DNA from: Paraspadella gotoi
Lineage: Eukaryota > Animalia > Chaetognatha
DNA: 64,000 bases
NCBI GenBank assembly: GCA_051294375.1
Contig: CM119271.1
Coordinates: forward strand, 14,638,770-14,702,769
Reading direction: 5' to 3'
Below are positions 1 through 14,433 of the stretch, in pieces. A program made the position numbers and the translations under genes. The notes beneath the pieces were generated by a model. The model was not told the DNA's origin and searched no databases. It was given only the letters and a program-made list of their open reading frames with translations. Position 1 is the first letter of the stretch. Every line of letters starts with the position of its first letter.

Positions 1-805
1 CCCACGAAGGGTCTTGGGCGCGGAGAGACCGGTCGAATCGAACATTGGATTCCGGCTGAAGAACTCCGTCAAACGCATAGGGACCGTAAGTGATTAAAAA
101 GCCGTTTGGTCGCAACACTTGGCCCGCGCCGGCGAAAAGGCCCTAATAAGTTTTTCAAATTAACGGGAGGTGAGGGGAGCGGAGTGAAAAACAGTTTTTT
201 CAATTATTTTTAATTTAATCTTAAATTAATTCAATATTTTTAAATTCAATTCTTTTCGCCGTCTGAACTCACCACGCAGACGTTCCAAGGGCTGATGTGG
301 ACGAGATTGGTGCAGAGGACGACGTCGAAAGACTCTCGCTCCAACCCGCCGTCGACGATGAAGGATCGAGAGGCGTCGAGTCGCTTCGGCGTCGCGACGT
401 TGGAAAGAGAGAAAGCGGTCGAGTAGCGAGAGATGGAGTCGACGAGGTGAGGAGAGAACTCTGTCGGTTGCCAAGTTGAAGATGGAAATTGCTGGGGGGG
501 GATGTATGGATGATTGCAATGACGATGGCTTATCTTACGCAAATTTTCCAAGCAACGTCCCCCGCCTTTCACTTTTGTCTCACCTTGGCGAACCAGGCGA
601 CATGTTGGCCAGTACCAGAGGCCACTTCCAAGGCGCGGCCAGAAAATTCCGGGGTCAATACACTTTGTAAAACCTGATTGAGACATAAAATTTAAACCGA
701 GTTCGTTTAAATATCTAAATTAATTCCAAAAAGGCATAAAACCTCGAAGATGGGCTGTTTATTTCTTTCCGCCGCGGGGTAAGATTCTAATTTAGACTCG
801 TCCAT
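1..805 (-). CDS. METTL26: Methyltransferase-like 26 (UPF0585/DUF938 family), spliced, 3' end runs off the window
   Basis: Exons read MDESKLESYPAAERNKQPIFE / VLQSVLTPEFSGRALEVASGTGQHVAWFAK / QFPSSTWQPTE...NLVHISPW / GLFAGAGQVLRPNGFLITYGPY...ESNVRFDRSLRAQDPSW. AAERNK, LEVASGTGQH and HISPW are family motifs. Introns are GT-AG. Confidence 0.93.
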
Positions 806-1202
806 CTTTCTTCGTTTCGAAAATCCTCAACAATAGAAATACATTTCATTCCATGTTTCCCATCGGAAACATTTCTGCGAATTTGTTTCGGTCACTAATT
901 CCCGAATTTTCTGAAAATGTGTTGTATTTAAAACACTAACAGTTAACATTTAACAACGGACAAAACGAACTAGAGCAATTGGCGCTAAAACGCGCGAAAA
1001 GGGGGAGAATCGATGAAAAACAAAAAAAGGTCGAGGTATCGAAGCTGAGAAATTTGAGGCGAGTGGACGATCAGATTGAGAAAGGAATGAAAAAAGCAAA
1101 AATGAGGAAAAAAAAATAAATACAATTAAACATAATAAGAAGAGTCGAAGTTGTTGTCTTCTTAATGGAACGAAATGAGATGTCAAACATTGTCAAAAGG
1201 GG

Positions 1203-2149
1203 TCAGTGCCAGCAGACCGTGTGGAGGATCTGCCGATTGTTCTTGGCCTCAATTCGCGTGAGTACGTCGGCGATGTCGTTGTCCAGGTCGTCGGCCTCCG
1301 TCAAGGCCTGGACGATGTCGCAGATAATGAAGGCGCCGAGAGTGGCTTCTTCGTGGTTATCCTGGGGGAAAGAGATCGATGCCACTTGCCACTATATGAC
1401 CAGCTGGCAATCTGTTTTACCTGGATGTCGATGTTAATGACGTGGACGAGCTGCTCCACTTCCGAAGGTCGAGTCTCCAGAGATTCGATACACTGATCGA
1501 AGACTCTCTCTTCCGCCGTGAAGATTAGATCGAACATCTCGCCAGAGTTTTGAAATCTGAGAAAGAAAAAGAAATAATAACAAACATATTATATATTATA
1601 TGCAATATAATTTACGAGTCTTAAAAAAGTTTCTAATCCATCCAAAGCATTGATTTAACCTCTCAGGACGTGGCTTGATCCGCCGATTGCGATCCAACAT
1701 GTGGAGGATGCCGTTTTGAGTGTAAAGAGTTTTGTCCTTTTTCACTAGATCCTGATACATTTCGTGGTAGGTGGTGTTAAAGTCATAAATGTTGGGTTTG
1801 TCCGGAGCCGAACCTGAAAACAAAATAATTTAAGCAATTTAATTATAAAGAAAATGTTTTTTCAACTGAGATTCGGAATCAAAGACGTCAAATAATTTGG
1901 TAGGAAGATAACATAGTCTTAGCATCGAATGGTTGACTTTTCACTAATCGTCTTTGAGTCTGACGTTTGATCTACAAAAGTTTAGTCGAGGATCTACAAG
2001 AGTTTGTTCCTGACACCTGGAAGTTTGACGGCGTTTCCAGACCCGAACGATCGGACGTTGAAGCCACGTTTCGCGAGAAAGTTGTGCGCCTCCATCGAAC
2101 GATTCTGATTGGACGAACAGACTACGGCGATCCGCAAATCAGAAGCCAT
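1203..2149 (-). CDS. SSU72: RNA polymerase II CTD phosphatase Ssu72, 4 exons
   Basis: [22 protein letters not shown] (catalytic CX5R), [17 protein letters not shown] and [13 protein letters not shown]; all joins in frame. Confidence 0.97.
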
Positions 2150-2838
2150 TTTTTTCGAACCTTTCTAATGTCGTTAATTGTAAAACTCTACCACCGAAGC
2201 TATGAATAAAAAAATAATGTAAAGAATATATAAAGGGTTTGAAAGCAATCCGAGGCCTCTTAGCGGCGAAGGCCTCACGAAAGACATTCTGAGGTGCGAG
2301 TCAATCATCTCTGTCATGATCCGTATAAAATGTCAAAGTATAAAATATAAAAAAAAATAAAACAAAATATCACGAATTCTCTCTCTACTTATTTTGAGCA
2401 TTATTAAAAGTCTGATGTCAAAAAGCATAATTAACGTTCAAAAAGTCGAAACAACGAGTAATAACTTTTTTTTAATATAACATATCAAAAAACAAATACT
2501 AGAAAAAAAAAAGAAGCGTAGCGCGCCAAAATCCAGCAGCGCCCGCCTCAATCTTTCTGCGGCGTAAGTAATAAAAATTATCCGCTAGAAAAAATAACTA
2601 ATTTCTTGGTAGTTTCAAAATCTTGGCTAAGGGAAATCGACTTCAAAAAAGAAAAAAAAGGTTTCTTTGGTCCGGTGCAATGGTGCGAATATATATGTAC
2701 GTGTATAACAATTTATTGTAGCGAACCGCCAGCTCATTGGCTCCTTAATCCTCATCCATCCCTCCCACCCCCCAAACAACCATGAAAAATCTGTACCCCC
2801 CTTAAAGCTCCATCGTTTCCCCCACGCTCTCCCCCCCC

Positions 2839-4523
2839 CTAATTCCGGGCGACGTTTCCCCCGTCCCCCTCGCCGACGCCGCGCTCGAGACTCCCTCCCT
2901 TGGATTCTTCGGCGAGATGATCGGCTTTGGTTGGCGGCGCTCTTTGTCGCAAGAGGAAGTTGGCGTTGCAATCGCTTTTGCCGTCTTTAACGAACAATTT
3001 TCTGTCGCCTTCTCCATCGAGACGGACTCCCGATTTGTCGACGTCGTCGGCATCACCGGCGTCGTCGACGTCGACGTCGACATCGAGGCCGGCGTCGCTG
3101 TCGCTGCGGTTGTCGACGACCTTTCCTAAAAGTTTCCGAACAAACATCGACAAACTCTATACCAATTAATATCTAGTTATCTACTATTTAATATTAAACT
3201 TCTTACCCGTGTTCATCTTGTCCACGATGGAGATGAGAATGAGATAGAACCAATAGATGTTCATGACGAGTAGAGCGAGGAGCAAATAGAGACAAAAGTG
3301 CCAAATGTTGAAGGCGCCGACGTAGGTGATGTAGTCCGAGCATTCGAACGCCACCGAGTATACTGGATAACTAGAGAAGAAAAATATTCGTAAAGGGCAG
3401 GGCGGGATTGTCGTTTTCTAACATCTTAATGACTCGAGAATTTTTACAGCGGAAAAAAGGTGAGCCTTGTGACGATCCACGCCAGTACGAATCCTCCGTA
3501 GGCGAAGGTACAAACTCCATCCGCGTCAACGTAGTTAGCCATCTTTCCCAGGTTGAGGAAGACGTCCGCGCAATCGTGGAGGACTGGAAAAGGGAAATTT
3601 TCATTTATTTATTTATTTCTTTTTAATTCGCCTCCCAATCTTTTTTCTCGCCTTCGTTTTCTTTCCAACTCTTCCCCATCCTCTCCCTTCTCTCACCCAA
3701 AACGACGCTGCCGATCCTGCAATGATTGGCTCTCCACGAGACGACCAACAGCCCGAGTGTGACCCCGTGATGAGCGAGCATGAGACCGTGATCCTTCCGT
3801 TTGACCCGCGTGTCCACGACCTCGCTGAGGTAAAAGGCGATGGAGCAGACGTAGTAAAACCGAATCCCGGCGTCGATGGGATGGTCGGGGTATCCGATCC
3901 AAAAGTGTCTCGTGTCCAATAACCACGCCTTGTCCGAAAGGTAGACGGCGCCGAAGAAGAAGATGAACGAATACCAGCAAAAGTAGAGGCAGCAACAGTT
4001 GAACTTGTCAAAGACGGAGGGACGTTCGAGGGAACGATGACGGGCGAACCAGGCGGCGACTTCGCGCAGGCCCAGGCCCGTCCGCTCGGCCAAGTCACGA
4101 ACACGAGGCGCCGAGGAAGTCTTGTTGACGCGAAAGGCTTCGGCGAGGCGGACGAGGGCATCGGCGGGCAGAGACGAGTCTTCCCTTAATTGAGGAAATG
4201 GAAGTTACAGTAATACAATTATTATTCATAATAAAAGACGTCCCCCGCTTGGCCTTATCGTACTTGGCGACGGCGGCAGCGACGGCGTCGTTGTCGGGCA
4301 GACCGAAGAAGACGGCGACTCTGGAGGCGATTTGCGCGAGAAATATCCAGCGGGCGACAAGGAGGACGGGCACGACGAGCAGCGCCGTCAAGAGGTCTTC
4401 GGGGCGCGGCATCGGCGCCGCGGGGTCCGTGAATGACGACCAACTCACGTTCTTCGGAAGCCAAAACTCGTCGCTCAAATACAAGTTAACGAATACGCTC
4501 GGCGATTCTGCCTTTGCGGCCAT
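2839..4523 (-). CDS. Ceramide synthase (LAG1/TLC domain with Hox-like segment), 5 exons
   Basis: FWLPKNVSW N-terminus, LAERTGLGLREVAAWF Hox-like helix, Lag1p motif KRKDHGLMLAHH...VLHDCAD and acidic tail DNRSDSD. Confidence 0.93.
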
Positions 4524-5512
4524 TTCTTGATATTTTTTTTCCTTTTATTTAAGTTTTTCTAATAACTGTACAAGACGAAAGTATTATTCGGTATTAGCGG
4601 AAAGCGTGGAGCGATTGTAGAGAATAGAGAGAAAAAAAAAAACAACTAAGGAACGAGACGTTTTTTTTATTTAGATTATATTTCTGTTTAAATGGCAGGT
4701 TCAAACCGGAAGAAAAAAAACAACAAAACTAACAAAACTAAAAAAATATTGAAAAGCGCGTGTTTTTTTTTTCTTTATCGTTTCCAAAAATATTTTTGAA
4801 GAAAAAAATTAAGTATTAGATCGGATGAAAAATGAAAAATAAATAAAGTAAGGTTAACTCATAGCAAACAAAAAACTATTTACACGTAAGTGACAGGAGT
4901 AACTGTTACTTATTGCCCAAGAATAGAGAGAAAAATGTTTCTCGCGCGGTAAGGAACGGCTAAATTCATCTGACTAGCAAAGATTAATCCGTGGATTTAA
5001 TACTCTCTCAAGTATCATGATACTAAGACTACTTGTGAGCTAATAAATCAATATTAATAACAAAAAAAATTCAAGGGCCTTTGCTAGAGCTTACATCTGA
5101 AAGTTAAAAACATTTAGAACATTTAGAACATTCAGATCCTTCTTTCGTTTCTTTAATGAGATTTAATTTCTAATTAAATTATTAATATATTCTATCGAAA
5201 TCGTTTGGACCAAAAAATGAAAAAAGGTAAAACTAAAGGCCCCTCAAAAAACGAGGAAAATAGTTTTAATAAATTTACGAAAAAAAAAATATAAAAATTT
5301 GAAATAAAAAAAATCGAAAAAAAAAAAAAAAAAAAAAACGGCTCAAGATACACACAATCGATAACAAAATAAATAGCACATCTCTACGTCAACGTTATTG
5401 ATTTCTTTTTTTAATCCAGACCAGAAAAACAACTGCTTATTATTAATTTATCTGTACAACGATAATTTTTAATGAAATGACGATTCCAGTCAAGATAACA
5501 TCACCCCCTCCT

Positions 5513-8500
5513 TTAAACGACGCCACCACCCTCGTTTCCACCGTCCAAATGACGCCCAGGGCCGGGCGACGTCGGCGCCGGTCTCGGCGGAATCTGCAGC
5601 GGTGCCGGCGGACCGCGTCCCTCCTGATGGTAATAATCTCGAGCAGCCGCCGACGCTGAAGACGACGGCGGCGGCGTATTGTTCGTTCCGGCCGTGGGCG
5701 ATGAGGCGGCCGATTGACGGAAAGAAGAAGTCATCTGAGACTCGAAATATTCGCGCTGGGACATGGCCAAGACCTGCGGATTGGATGGAGAGAGGGAATG
5801 GGTAACCGATTGACCATTTTCAAACTGACCTCTCAACCTAACCCGCCCTTTGACTTCACCTGCGCCATGATGTCGCCCTCGGTCTCTTCGGAGACCCAAT
5901 CGTGAAATCCCAAGAAAGTGGCCGATGTCTGCGCCGGCATACAACCCGAAGCGTCTCTATCCATCGACGCCGACGACGAAAACCCCGACGTCCGCGCGGC
6001 TCCCGAGTTGTTTGGAGACCTTCCGCCGGGCGGCGTTCGCGTCGCCGAAGTGGAGGGTCCCGGCGATTGGATGCCGCGATGAGGCGGCGAGTGTCGCGGA
6101 GACGATACACCCCGCGACGATGAGACGGCGGCGGCGAGGGAATCTGAGCTCGCTAGAGAGTGAGAGGGAGAAAGGCCACCCACCGAGGCTCCGCCAGAGG
6201 CCGGACCCGAACCGGCCCCACCGCCCGCCGGACCCAAAAGCGGGGGCGTGGTGGCGGTAGAGGTGGCGGTGACGCGAGGCGGATGAGGCGGGGAGTGACC
6301 GCCAAATCCACGAGGAGAGCGCCCACCGGAAGTGGCGCTCTTAAAGGCGCCCAAGGAGGAGGTGGAACTGCAAGAGGAGCTTGTTGCGGTGGCGCTGCGC
6401 GTGTGGCTCTTTTGCCCCTGACGAGCGACCTTCTCCTGATCCTGAAGCCACTGGAGGTAGGATTCGCGAGCCACTTGTTCTTCGATGGCCTCGTTCGTCG
6501 CCTCCCAATCCGTCTCCTGCTTATTAACAAAAAAATATATAATTTAAAAAAAAAAAATTATGATCAAACTTTCTTTTGCCCAACCTTGATTTTGTCTGCT
6601 AACATTGTCTGTTCAATATGACTTCGCTCAGAGATTCTCGACGCTTCATGCATAAGGTTCCGCTCTGCGAGTCCGGGATTGAAGGCCGGAAGTCCAAGCC
6701 CGACGCCGATGGTCGCCTGAATGAATCAATGAGTGAAGATGAAATCTCACCGCTGCCACCAAGTAGAGTATTTTTTTGAATTACAATTTAAACTGACTAA
6801 TGATGACCTTCATTCCTGTTCTACCTTAAACGGGTGGACGACCGAATTATAGTGCACATTGCGATGGTAGGAAATGCGCAGCGGTTCGTTGTCCGTTTTC
6901 ATGTGACCATGAAAAATGTTGATTGGTTCCAGCCTGTAAACCGACAATAATGCGGCGAATAAATGTGAATCTCAACGGGATGTAAATCAAAATAACTACG
7001 GATGATCCAGCGAACAATAAAAGAAACCAAAAAATAAAATTCTCCCACCTATAGAAATATTGGTGGGGATTCCTCGGGACTTGGTAGACCTCGATCGGTC
7101 TGTTGAACATCTCGCTGATGGCTTGCATTTCGATGTAGTTGCCGTGGCAGTGGGGATGGCGTTTGCGGGCAATGTACTCGTCGAACTCTTCGGTGATGTA
7201 CTGCGAGTAGTAGTCGCGGTTCTTGGTCATGTAATCCATACAGAGGCGCCGTATGCTGCGACGGGATTTAATTTGTGATTAAACGGGCAAAATAATGAAA
7301 CCAACGACGACTCACCTGTCGTGCATCTCTTGATCGCCGTAGACTTGATCGGCGATGGCGCGGAAGAGGCAGGCGCCGTCCTCCTTCATCTTCCTCACGA
7401 AGAATCCCTTTTGGTCCTTCATCTGTTTCTCGAACATCTTCTCCACTTCCTCCGCGTCGTCGGAGGGACCCGATGGATTGCTGTCGGATGTAATTATGGG
7501 GATGACCTCGGTTGCTATTGGGCTTATTATTCTTGTAATTTTGTAGTTATAAACAGTTATAATAATTTACAAATCAGAAAATATAATCGTTTTAAAATAA
7601 CCAACCTCTGGTAATACTCGTCCTCTGAATTGTTGCCCGATAAATTGCCGAGATCCAAATCTCCGTCGTCCTCCTCGTCTTCTTCTTCTCTTCCTCCTCC
7701 ACCTCCGCCGCCTCCACCGCTCTCTTCCACCACCCTCGGCCCATCGACCACCTCCACCCTCGCGGCGACCACGTGATCGACGCGCGCGTCGACGCGAGCG
7801 GTCACGTGATCGACGAGAGTGTCTACGTGATGGTCGGTCGGCTGGGCGTGTCTCGAGGAGTGGTAGTAGTTGAGGACCTCGGGGTCCGAGTGAGGCGAGG
7901 CCCGGTGACGCTTTTTGTGACCACCGTGATAGGAGGATGGAAGCGTAGGGGCGGAGAGATAACTGTCAAGATAAACACGATTGTTAAAAGAAATCAATGG
8001 AATTCCGTTTTAAAAATACATCTCAAGTATCCCTACCACTCTCTGTCTCTTTCTTTTTTTTTTTTCCTCTCTCATCTCTCCCTCTATCCAAGACTCACCC
8101 TCCTGCCGATCTCGCGGCGGCGTCTCCCGTGGCTGCTCCACCGAACCCGGACGTGGCATTGGCCCCTTGGTTGGGCGTCACTACCGGAAAAGCCACGTGG
8201 TGATGGGCGTGATGGTGGTGATGCTCTCTGGCGTCTCTCGTCTCGTCGCCTGAAGGAACTCCACCTCCGCCTCCACCGACCGGAGATTCGGAGGCGACGT
8301 TCGACCAGCGGCTGGAGGCGGAGAGCGAGGCGGAGCCGGAGGCGGAAGAAGAGGAGGCGCCTCTAGCCGATGAAGAGTGACGGTTCGACCGAGAGTCGGG
8401 ACCTGAAGATTTATTTGAAAAGTAAATCAATACAATATAATAATAATCTGTGTTAAAGTGATAATTGTCGCTTAATATATATAATAATAAAAATCCTCAC

Positions 8501-8825
8501 AAATGAGATTAAGTTCATCGAGCTCATTTGCAGTCTTGTTTGGATTAAATATTACCTTGTGACTTTGGCAAATAATTAGGTTAGTTTGTTAGTGAGTAAG
8601 TTTGTAAACTCATCATGATATTCCAACCTCCAAAAGAATCCGTCTTTCCTCACCCGTTTGACTCTGAATGTGGCCCCCGGGGTCGACGTGCAAGTTTCCG
8701 TGATGAAGATGATGGTGATGATGATGCTGGTGATGCTGGTGATGATGATGATGCTGGTGAGGTTCTGACCCTCCGTCGGCCTCGTTCTTCTCCTTCCTTT
8801 GCTTTTTCTTTGGCAGGATTGTCAT
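5513..8825 (-). CDS. OTUD5: OTU-domain deubiquitinase 5 (DUBA), multi-exon
   Basis: Starts MTILPKKK. Contains GNNSEDEY, catalytic [41 protein letters not shown] and a C-terminal UIM-like VLAMSQREY. Confidence 0.95.
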
Positions 8826-9642
8826 CTTGACGGCGAAGAGTTGAGAGTCGAGGCGAGAATCGAGCTCTCCGTTTTTTAGCTTAAACTTTATCGATTAAGT
8901 TCTTTTTTCTGTTGATAGAGACAATTTAGTCAGTTTGAAGATGAGCTCAATTTCAAAGGGTCGATCTTTCGGATCTGGATGCGGCGCCGGTCGTCGCCAT
9001 CGTTTTTTTTTTCTCTCTCAAAACGTCGTCTTCGTCGTCGATGTTTTCATTCCGTTTTTTTTCACTTTTGATTTCTTGTGACTAGAAACCTTACACTTGG
9101 TTACCCACTTGGGCGTTCGTCCGTTTCGACGGGTAACCCGTCGACCGGATTGTCCGTTTGGCCTGGTGACCTGTTTGGCCTGGTCTTTGATCACTGAGCA
9201 ACGAAAACAAAACGGATATACCGACTGATTATTGGTACCACGACGAACGCGGTTAAACAATAATACTACTGAAGGGTTTTAAAATGATATTAACAATTAT
9301 AATTAAAATTAAGAGTTTTGATTGTTTACAATTACGAATACTATTATGCAATAGCCAAAATTTCATTACGTTTAGATGGAAACTTGAACCCGTCAAAAAA
9401 ACGGGGAGAGAAAAAAAAAAACTAACTACGGGTAGTAAACCCGATAACGAAAAAATTCATTCTGGTGGATAAAATAATCAAATAATCAAATAATCAGGAG
9501 AATTAAAGTGACTAGAGAAAGAAGGCAAAAACGGAAAAAAAAAAAAATTAAAATTTAGGAATGTTTCGAGCGAAGTTGATCGATGGCTCGATTGGCTCGT
9601 CGACGGGCAAATGATACGTCGTCCTTATCTATCATCTTCTCT

Positions 9643-11496
9643 TCAAAACCTCTTCATCTTGGGCGGCATGCTTTTAAACCCGACGCCCATTCTGGCCGGC
9701 GGCGAGGAACGCGCCTTCTTCTTGACGGGAGAGATGGAGGTTTGGGCGCCGCCGACAAAGCCGACGCCGCCGAGACCACGCATGGCGCGCCCAAAAGCCA
9801 CGTCTTCGTCGAAGAGACGATCGCGACCAAACTTGCGGGGCGAACCGGCGAGGTCATCGCGAAGGAACGATCCGGCGCCGGAGATGAAACCGGCGCCGAT
9901 CGAACCGTACGAGTTGATGCCGTAAGACGAAGCGCCGAAATCCGCGGCCGCGGCGCCGTAGCCGAGACCGGCGCCACCGTAACCGACGCCGGCGAAATAA
10001 TCCGGGTAAGCGGCGCGAGCGGAGAACTGAGTTTGTGGTTGTTGCAGAATGAGACCATCGCGGTAGGTCAGACGGTCTGATGGACAAAAGCGTCAGTGTA
10101 AAATGACATATTCGTGAAACTCCATTCTCTTATTCACTCTCTCACCCTGTGTGCTGAACCGGTTAAAGCTGTCGATGAGCTCCGAGTTTCTTCTCGCCGC
10201 CAAAGGAATCATGCTGCGCGCTCCGATGCGGTCCTTGACGCCGGGACCAGGCGTCGCGACATCGGCCACAGGACCTCCAGTGCCGGTTGGGCCGATGGAT
10301 TTGCCGCGTTTCTTAGAGAGAACCACGTGCAATCGGTTGCCGTTAAATTCGCGACCGTTGATGGAGCGAATGGCCTCCATTGCGGAAGCGGGGCAAAGCA
10401 GATGGACAAAGCCGTAGTCTTTGCCGCGCGGGAGACCCACTTCGAAGACCGGGCCGTGGCGCTCGAAGAGTCGGCCCAAATCCTTGAGTTGAAAGAAAGC
10501 AATTATAGCTAACATTAATTGTAACGTAATAATATTAATCATTAAACAATGGAACCTTGACGTCGCACTCCTCCTTGAGACCCCCGACGAAGAGCTTGAC
10601 CGTCTCACTTCGATCCAAGAGATCGAGAAGACGGCGGCCGCTGACGGTGACGTTGCTGTCGGCGAAGGAAGCGACGATCGGATGCGGCAAAAGGGGGGAG
10701 GATTTCTTGTGCAGGGCCTCGACGGCGCGGCGGGACTCGAAGAAAGTCTCCATGCGAACGAAAGCGATTTCTAAGAAATGAGAGAGCTCCTCTGAGTACC
10801 AGTATTTATTCTTGCATTTAATCAATATTCAATTATCTTTAAATAATACAAGTTTGAAATAAATGTTCTCTTACCCGGTTTGGTTCTGGGCCTATCGATA
10901 GAAACGACGGTGCCGAATTTCCCGAAGGCCTCCTTCAACTTTTCATCCTCGATGTCCTTGACTCTCCCGACGAAGATCTTGACGTCTTTTCCGCCGGCGG
11001 CGCCTTGGGTCTTTCGCGAGCGCTTCCTCTCGGTGGCGCGGTCCACGAAGACGGTTCGCCCGTTGAAGACGGCGTTGTTGAGGGCGCGGATGGCGGCGTC
11101 GGCGTCCCGGGGGTCCGCCATCTGCACGAAGGCCAGGTTGTTGATCACGTCGACCTTTGTGACGACGCCGAATTCGGAGAACCGTTCGCGCAACGCCTTC
11201 TGGCCGACCCGCCCGCCGAGGCCGCCGACGAAGATGCGGGAGCTGGTGGGAGAGGAGTCGTCCGACTGGATATTATAATTATTTAATTAAATTCAAATTA
11301 TCACGGAATAATAATTAAATTCAATCAATTTTTTTTTTAAATTAACCTTCTCATCGACGGCCGGCGCCGCTTCGGCATCGTCCTCGCATTCGACTTCCGG
11401 ATCGACGGTCAGATCGACGGTCAATTCTCCGGCGTCGTATTCCAGCACCGGGTCGTCGAGGGCGCCATCTTCAACGGACTTGAGATCCGATTCCAT
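9643..11496 (-). CDS. RNA-binding protein with four RRMs and a Gly/Tyr/Ala-rich tail (lark/RBM4-like), 5 exons
   Basis: RNP motifs RIFVGGL..LAFVQM, KIFVGRV..IAFVRM, KLFVGGL..KDYGFVHL. On reading these give at least three, possibly four, RRMs. The last exon DRLTYRDG...KMKRF stops at 9643. Confidence 0.8.
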
Positions 11497-12178
11497 TTTT
11501 ATTTTAATTTATCTCAACGAATATGAACTCGAGTTTGAGCGAAGTCGATTGGATGGGGAGAATTTTGCCAGATGTGATGTCGTCACAATTGAAAAATTTA
11601 TTAATCACTTGTCATTTATTATAGGAAAGATTTGACTGCGAAAAATAATCGAATTAAATTCAAATAAACTTAGTATATTGGGGGAGGGGGGGTCTCCCAA
11701 TCGGTTTATCGATAAACAACAATATAATATAATAACTATAGCATGAATCTAGTGACCGAGGGGATCGTTTCCATTGGTTTCCATTTTAGAATGTCACAGA
11801 TGTTTTTTTTTTCACCCTTTCTCCTCAACTGACCCTGTTTAAAGCTCAATATCACCTAACTCCCGAGCTTCTAAAAACTTGTAAAAAACTAAAAAACTAC
11901 TTGAAGTAAACCTTCAATTTTTTATAAAAATGAACGCACATCAACAGAAAAAAATATTTATTCGAAAAGAAAAAGGAAAACTAAATGGAATGAAAGCAGA
12001 TTACGTACGATCGTACACTTGATGGAATGAAAAAGAGATGAAACAAAACGAAGACAACAATCATAAAACTTTCGGCGACGATCGAGACGCATCAAGACAT
12101 GAAGCATCTTTTATTGCATTGCATAAACGTCGCACAATAATCGGCCAATCATAAATGAGCTGACAAATAATCGACCAA

Positions 12179-13706
12179 TTACCATTCGTCGATCAAATCG
12201 CACATCATCTTGTCTTTGATTCTCAATTCGGACGCTCGAGTCTCGTCCCGCGTCTCGTCGATCGCCGACTCTTCCGGCGTCGGCCGCAGCAGGGAGAGGT
12301 CGTACTGTTGCTGCTGCTGCTGTAAATCGCCCAACGTGTTCTGCAGCATCTTCGTGACTTCGTCGACATGTCGCTGGAACCGGTCGCCGATGTCGAAGCG
12401 CTGCCTCTTTTGAAGATCCATCATCACCCGGAGAGTTTCTCGCGCCTGAAAAAAGACGATATTTATTATTATTACAATTAGAATACATTAAATTTATTAT
12501 TATCAAAGAAACCTGATGCGGTCTAAACTCGTTGACGAGATGATGCATGTGAAAGAAGAGAAGTTGAATGTCTTCGATCTTTTCCTCCCTCAAAGATCCG
12601 ACGCCGGGAGGTGGCGAGCCGGGGTGTTTGGATCCTCCGGGATTCTTCACCATCACGTCGAGTAGATCGAGGAAGTTGGCCAAGAGCGAATGGTTGAGTT
12701 TCTTTAGTTCTTTCTTGTGGTCCACGTTTTGAGGGTAAAGTCTTTTGATGCCCTGAGACTCCAGGGGTTGGATGATGGGGTCGGACGGGTGGTGACGGAC
12801 TAAAAAAGCAACGGTTTAAGGGGACGAGTGATTATTTCGTAACAATATCAAATCAACTCGAATTACTTAAATGCTAACTCCCAATTATAGATCAATTCAG
12901 TTCAATTAAGATCAGTTCTCCAGATCAGCAACCCATGGCTAGGTTGCTTGCAAAATATGTATTTGTAAATAATTGTAAATATTTATTGTAGTAATTGGAC
13001 GAGGGCTTTACGACAATTTAAAAACATTTTTTTTATTCAAAAGAAAACAGATTATAAAAAATTGAATGTTTTGAAGGATAAAATCTCAGGAATTCTGACA
13101 CCTATCGAGTTCACAAAAAGGTGTTAAAAATTGGGGGAAAAAATTTCAGGCTTTACTATCTAATGGATACAACTGCAGTGATAATAGTGCTTAAAAAATA
13201 AAGATAAAGAAGAAAAATCGACACAAAGTGAGACCATTTAAGAAAATTCAAATTAATTGTCTAAATGAGGCTTTAAATAAAAACAAAATGACAATAGCAA
13301 CGTGGTATTGGTAATACACTAATTCAGATTTTTGAGCCTAACTAAATAAATAAATAAAAATATAATATAACAAATATATATTATATATATAATATAAAAT
13401 ATAAAAAAAATTACCGGAAAAAACGCTATAAGCGTCTCTCATTATCGGCGGTGGCGGCGGGGCTTTTCCCCGCTTTACATTTTCGTCAGAATACATAACG
13501 ATGAACTGCGCGGGCGGCAGCGGCAGCGAACTGACGCTGGGAGCCGTGGCGGCAGCGGCAGCAGCAGCCGGGGCTGAAGGCGGAGCGCCGGGAGGCTGCG
13601 CCCCGTTGGGTGGTTGGGGCGGTGCAGGAGGGCCGCCAGGGGGTCCACCAGGAAGTCCGCCCGGAGGCCCAAGAGGCGACCCGTAAGCGCCCCCGCCGAG
13701 TTGCAT
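12179..13706 (-). CDS. MED7: Mediator subunit 7, 3 exons, with a Pro/Gly-rich N-terminal extension
   Basis: SSLPLPP...[28 protein letters not shown] and [22 protein letters not shown]. Confidence 0.96.
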
Positions 13707-14433
13707 TGTTTTTCTTTTTTTATGGGAACAAAAAAAGCGCCGAAGCGCGATGAGTTTTTTTAAACTAGAAAACGAAACCAACTGAAACGTGATTGTGAAA
13801 TCTTAAGATAAACTCGAACGTAAATAAAAAGTTTTTTCTTTCAAGATGTTTTGGGTTGGGGAAAGAAATCAAAAACGGTCTTCGCAGTTGTAAAACATTA
13901 AAAAGAAAGAATAAAACAAATTACTATATCATGAAAGAGCTCAGTCCGCTCGACCAAGCGACTAATATTTTTTTACGCGTGATTACGGGTATTAGGTCAT
14001 AAACAGAAAACAAAATATGTAATGTTAAAATAATATGGACTAAAACTAAAACTAACAGTGATTAGAAAAGAAAAAAAACCTGAATCATGGGCGAAAACAA
14101 AAAATTTAAAAAAGTGAATAAAAGAAGAGCAGAAGGAAACGAGTTATTCTGGTCAGAGTGAAAGAAAATACATGTAAACAAATGATTGGATAAATGATTA
14201 AGAGAAGAACGAAACCCTTAATAAGGCCTTATATAAAAGAAAAAGTAAAAACTGATGGAAAGAAAAAAAAATCTTTCATAAAATAAAATTCACCAGAAAT
14301 CGCGGAAAATTAGGTAGTAAAGATAACACGATGCGAATTTAAGGCTACTCGGCCACTCGATCCAATTAAAATAAAAATGTAAACATCTATGCGGATCAAA
14401 TTTTAGGCCGCGACATTATTATTGTTCACAGGT

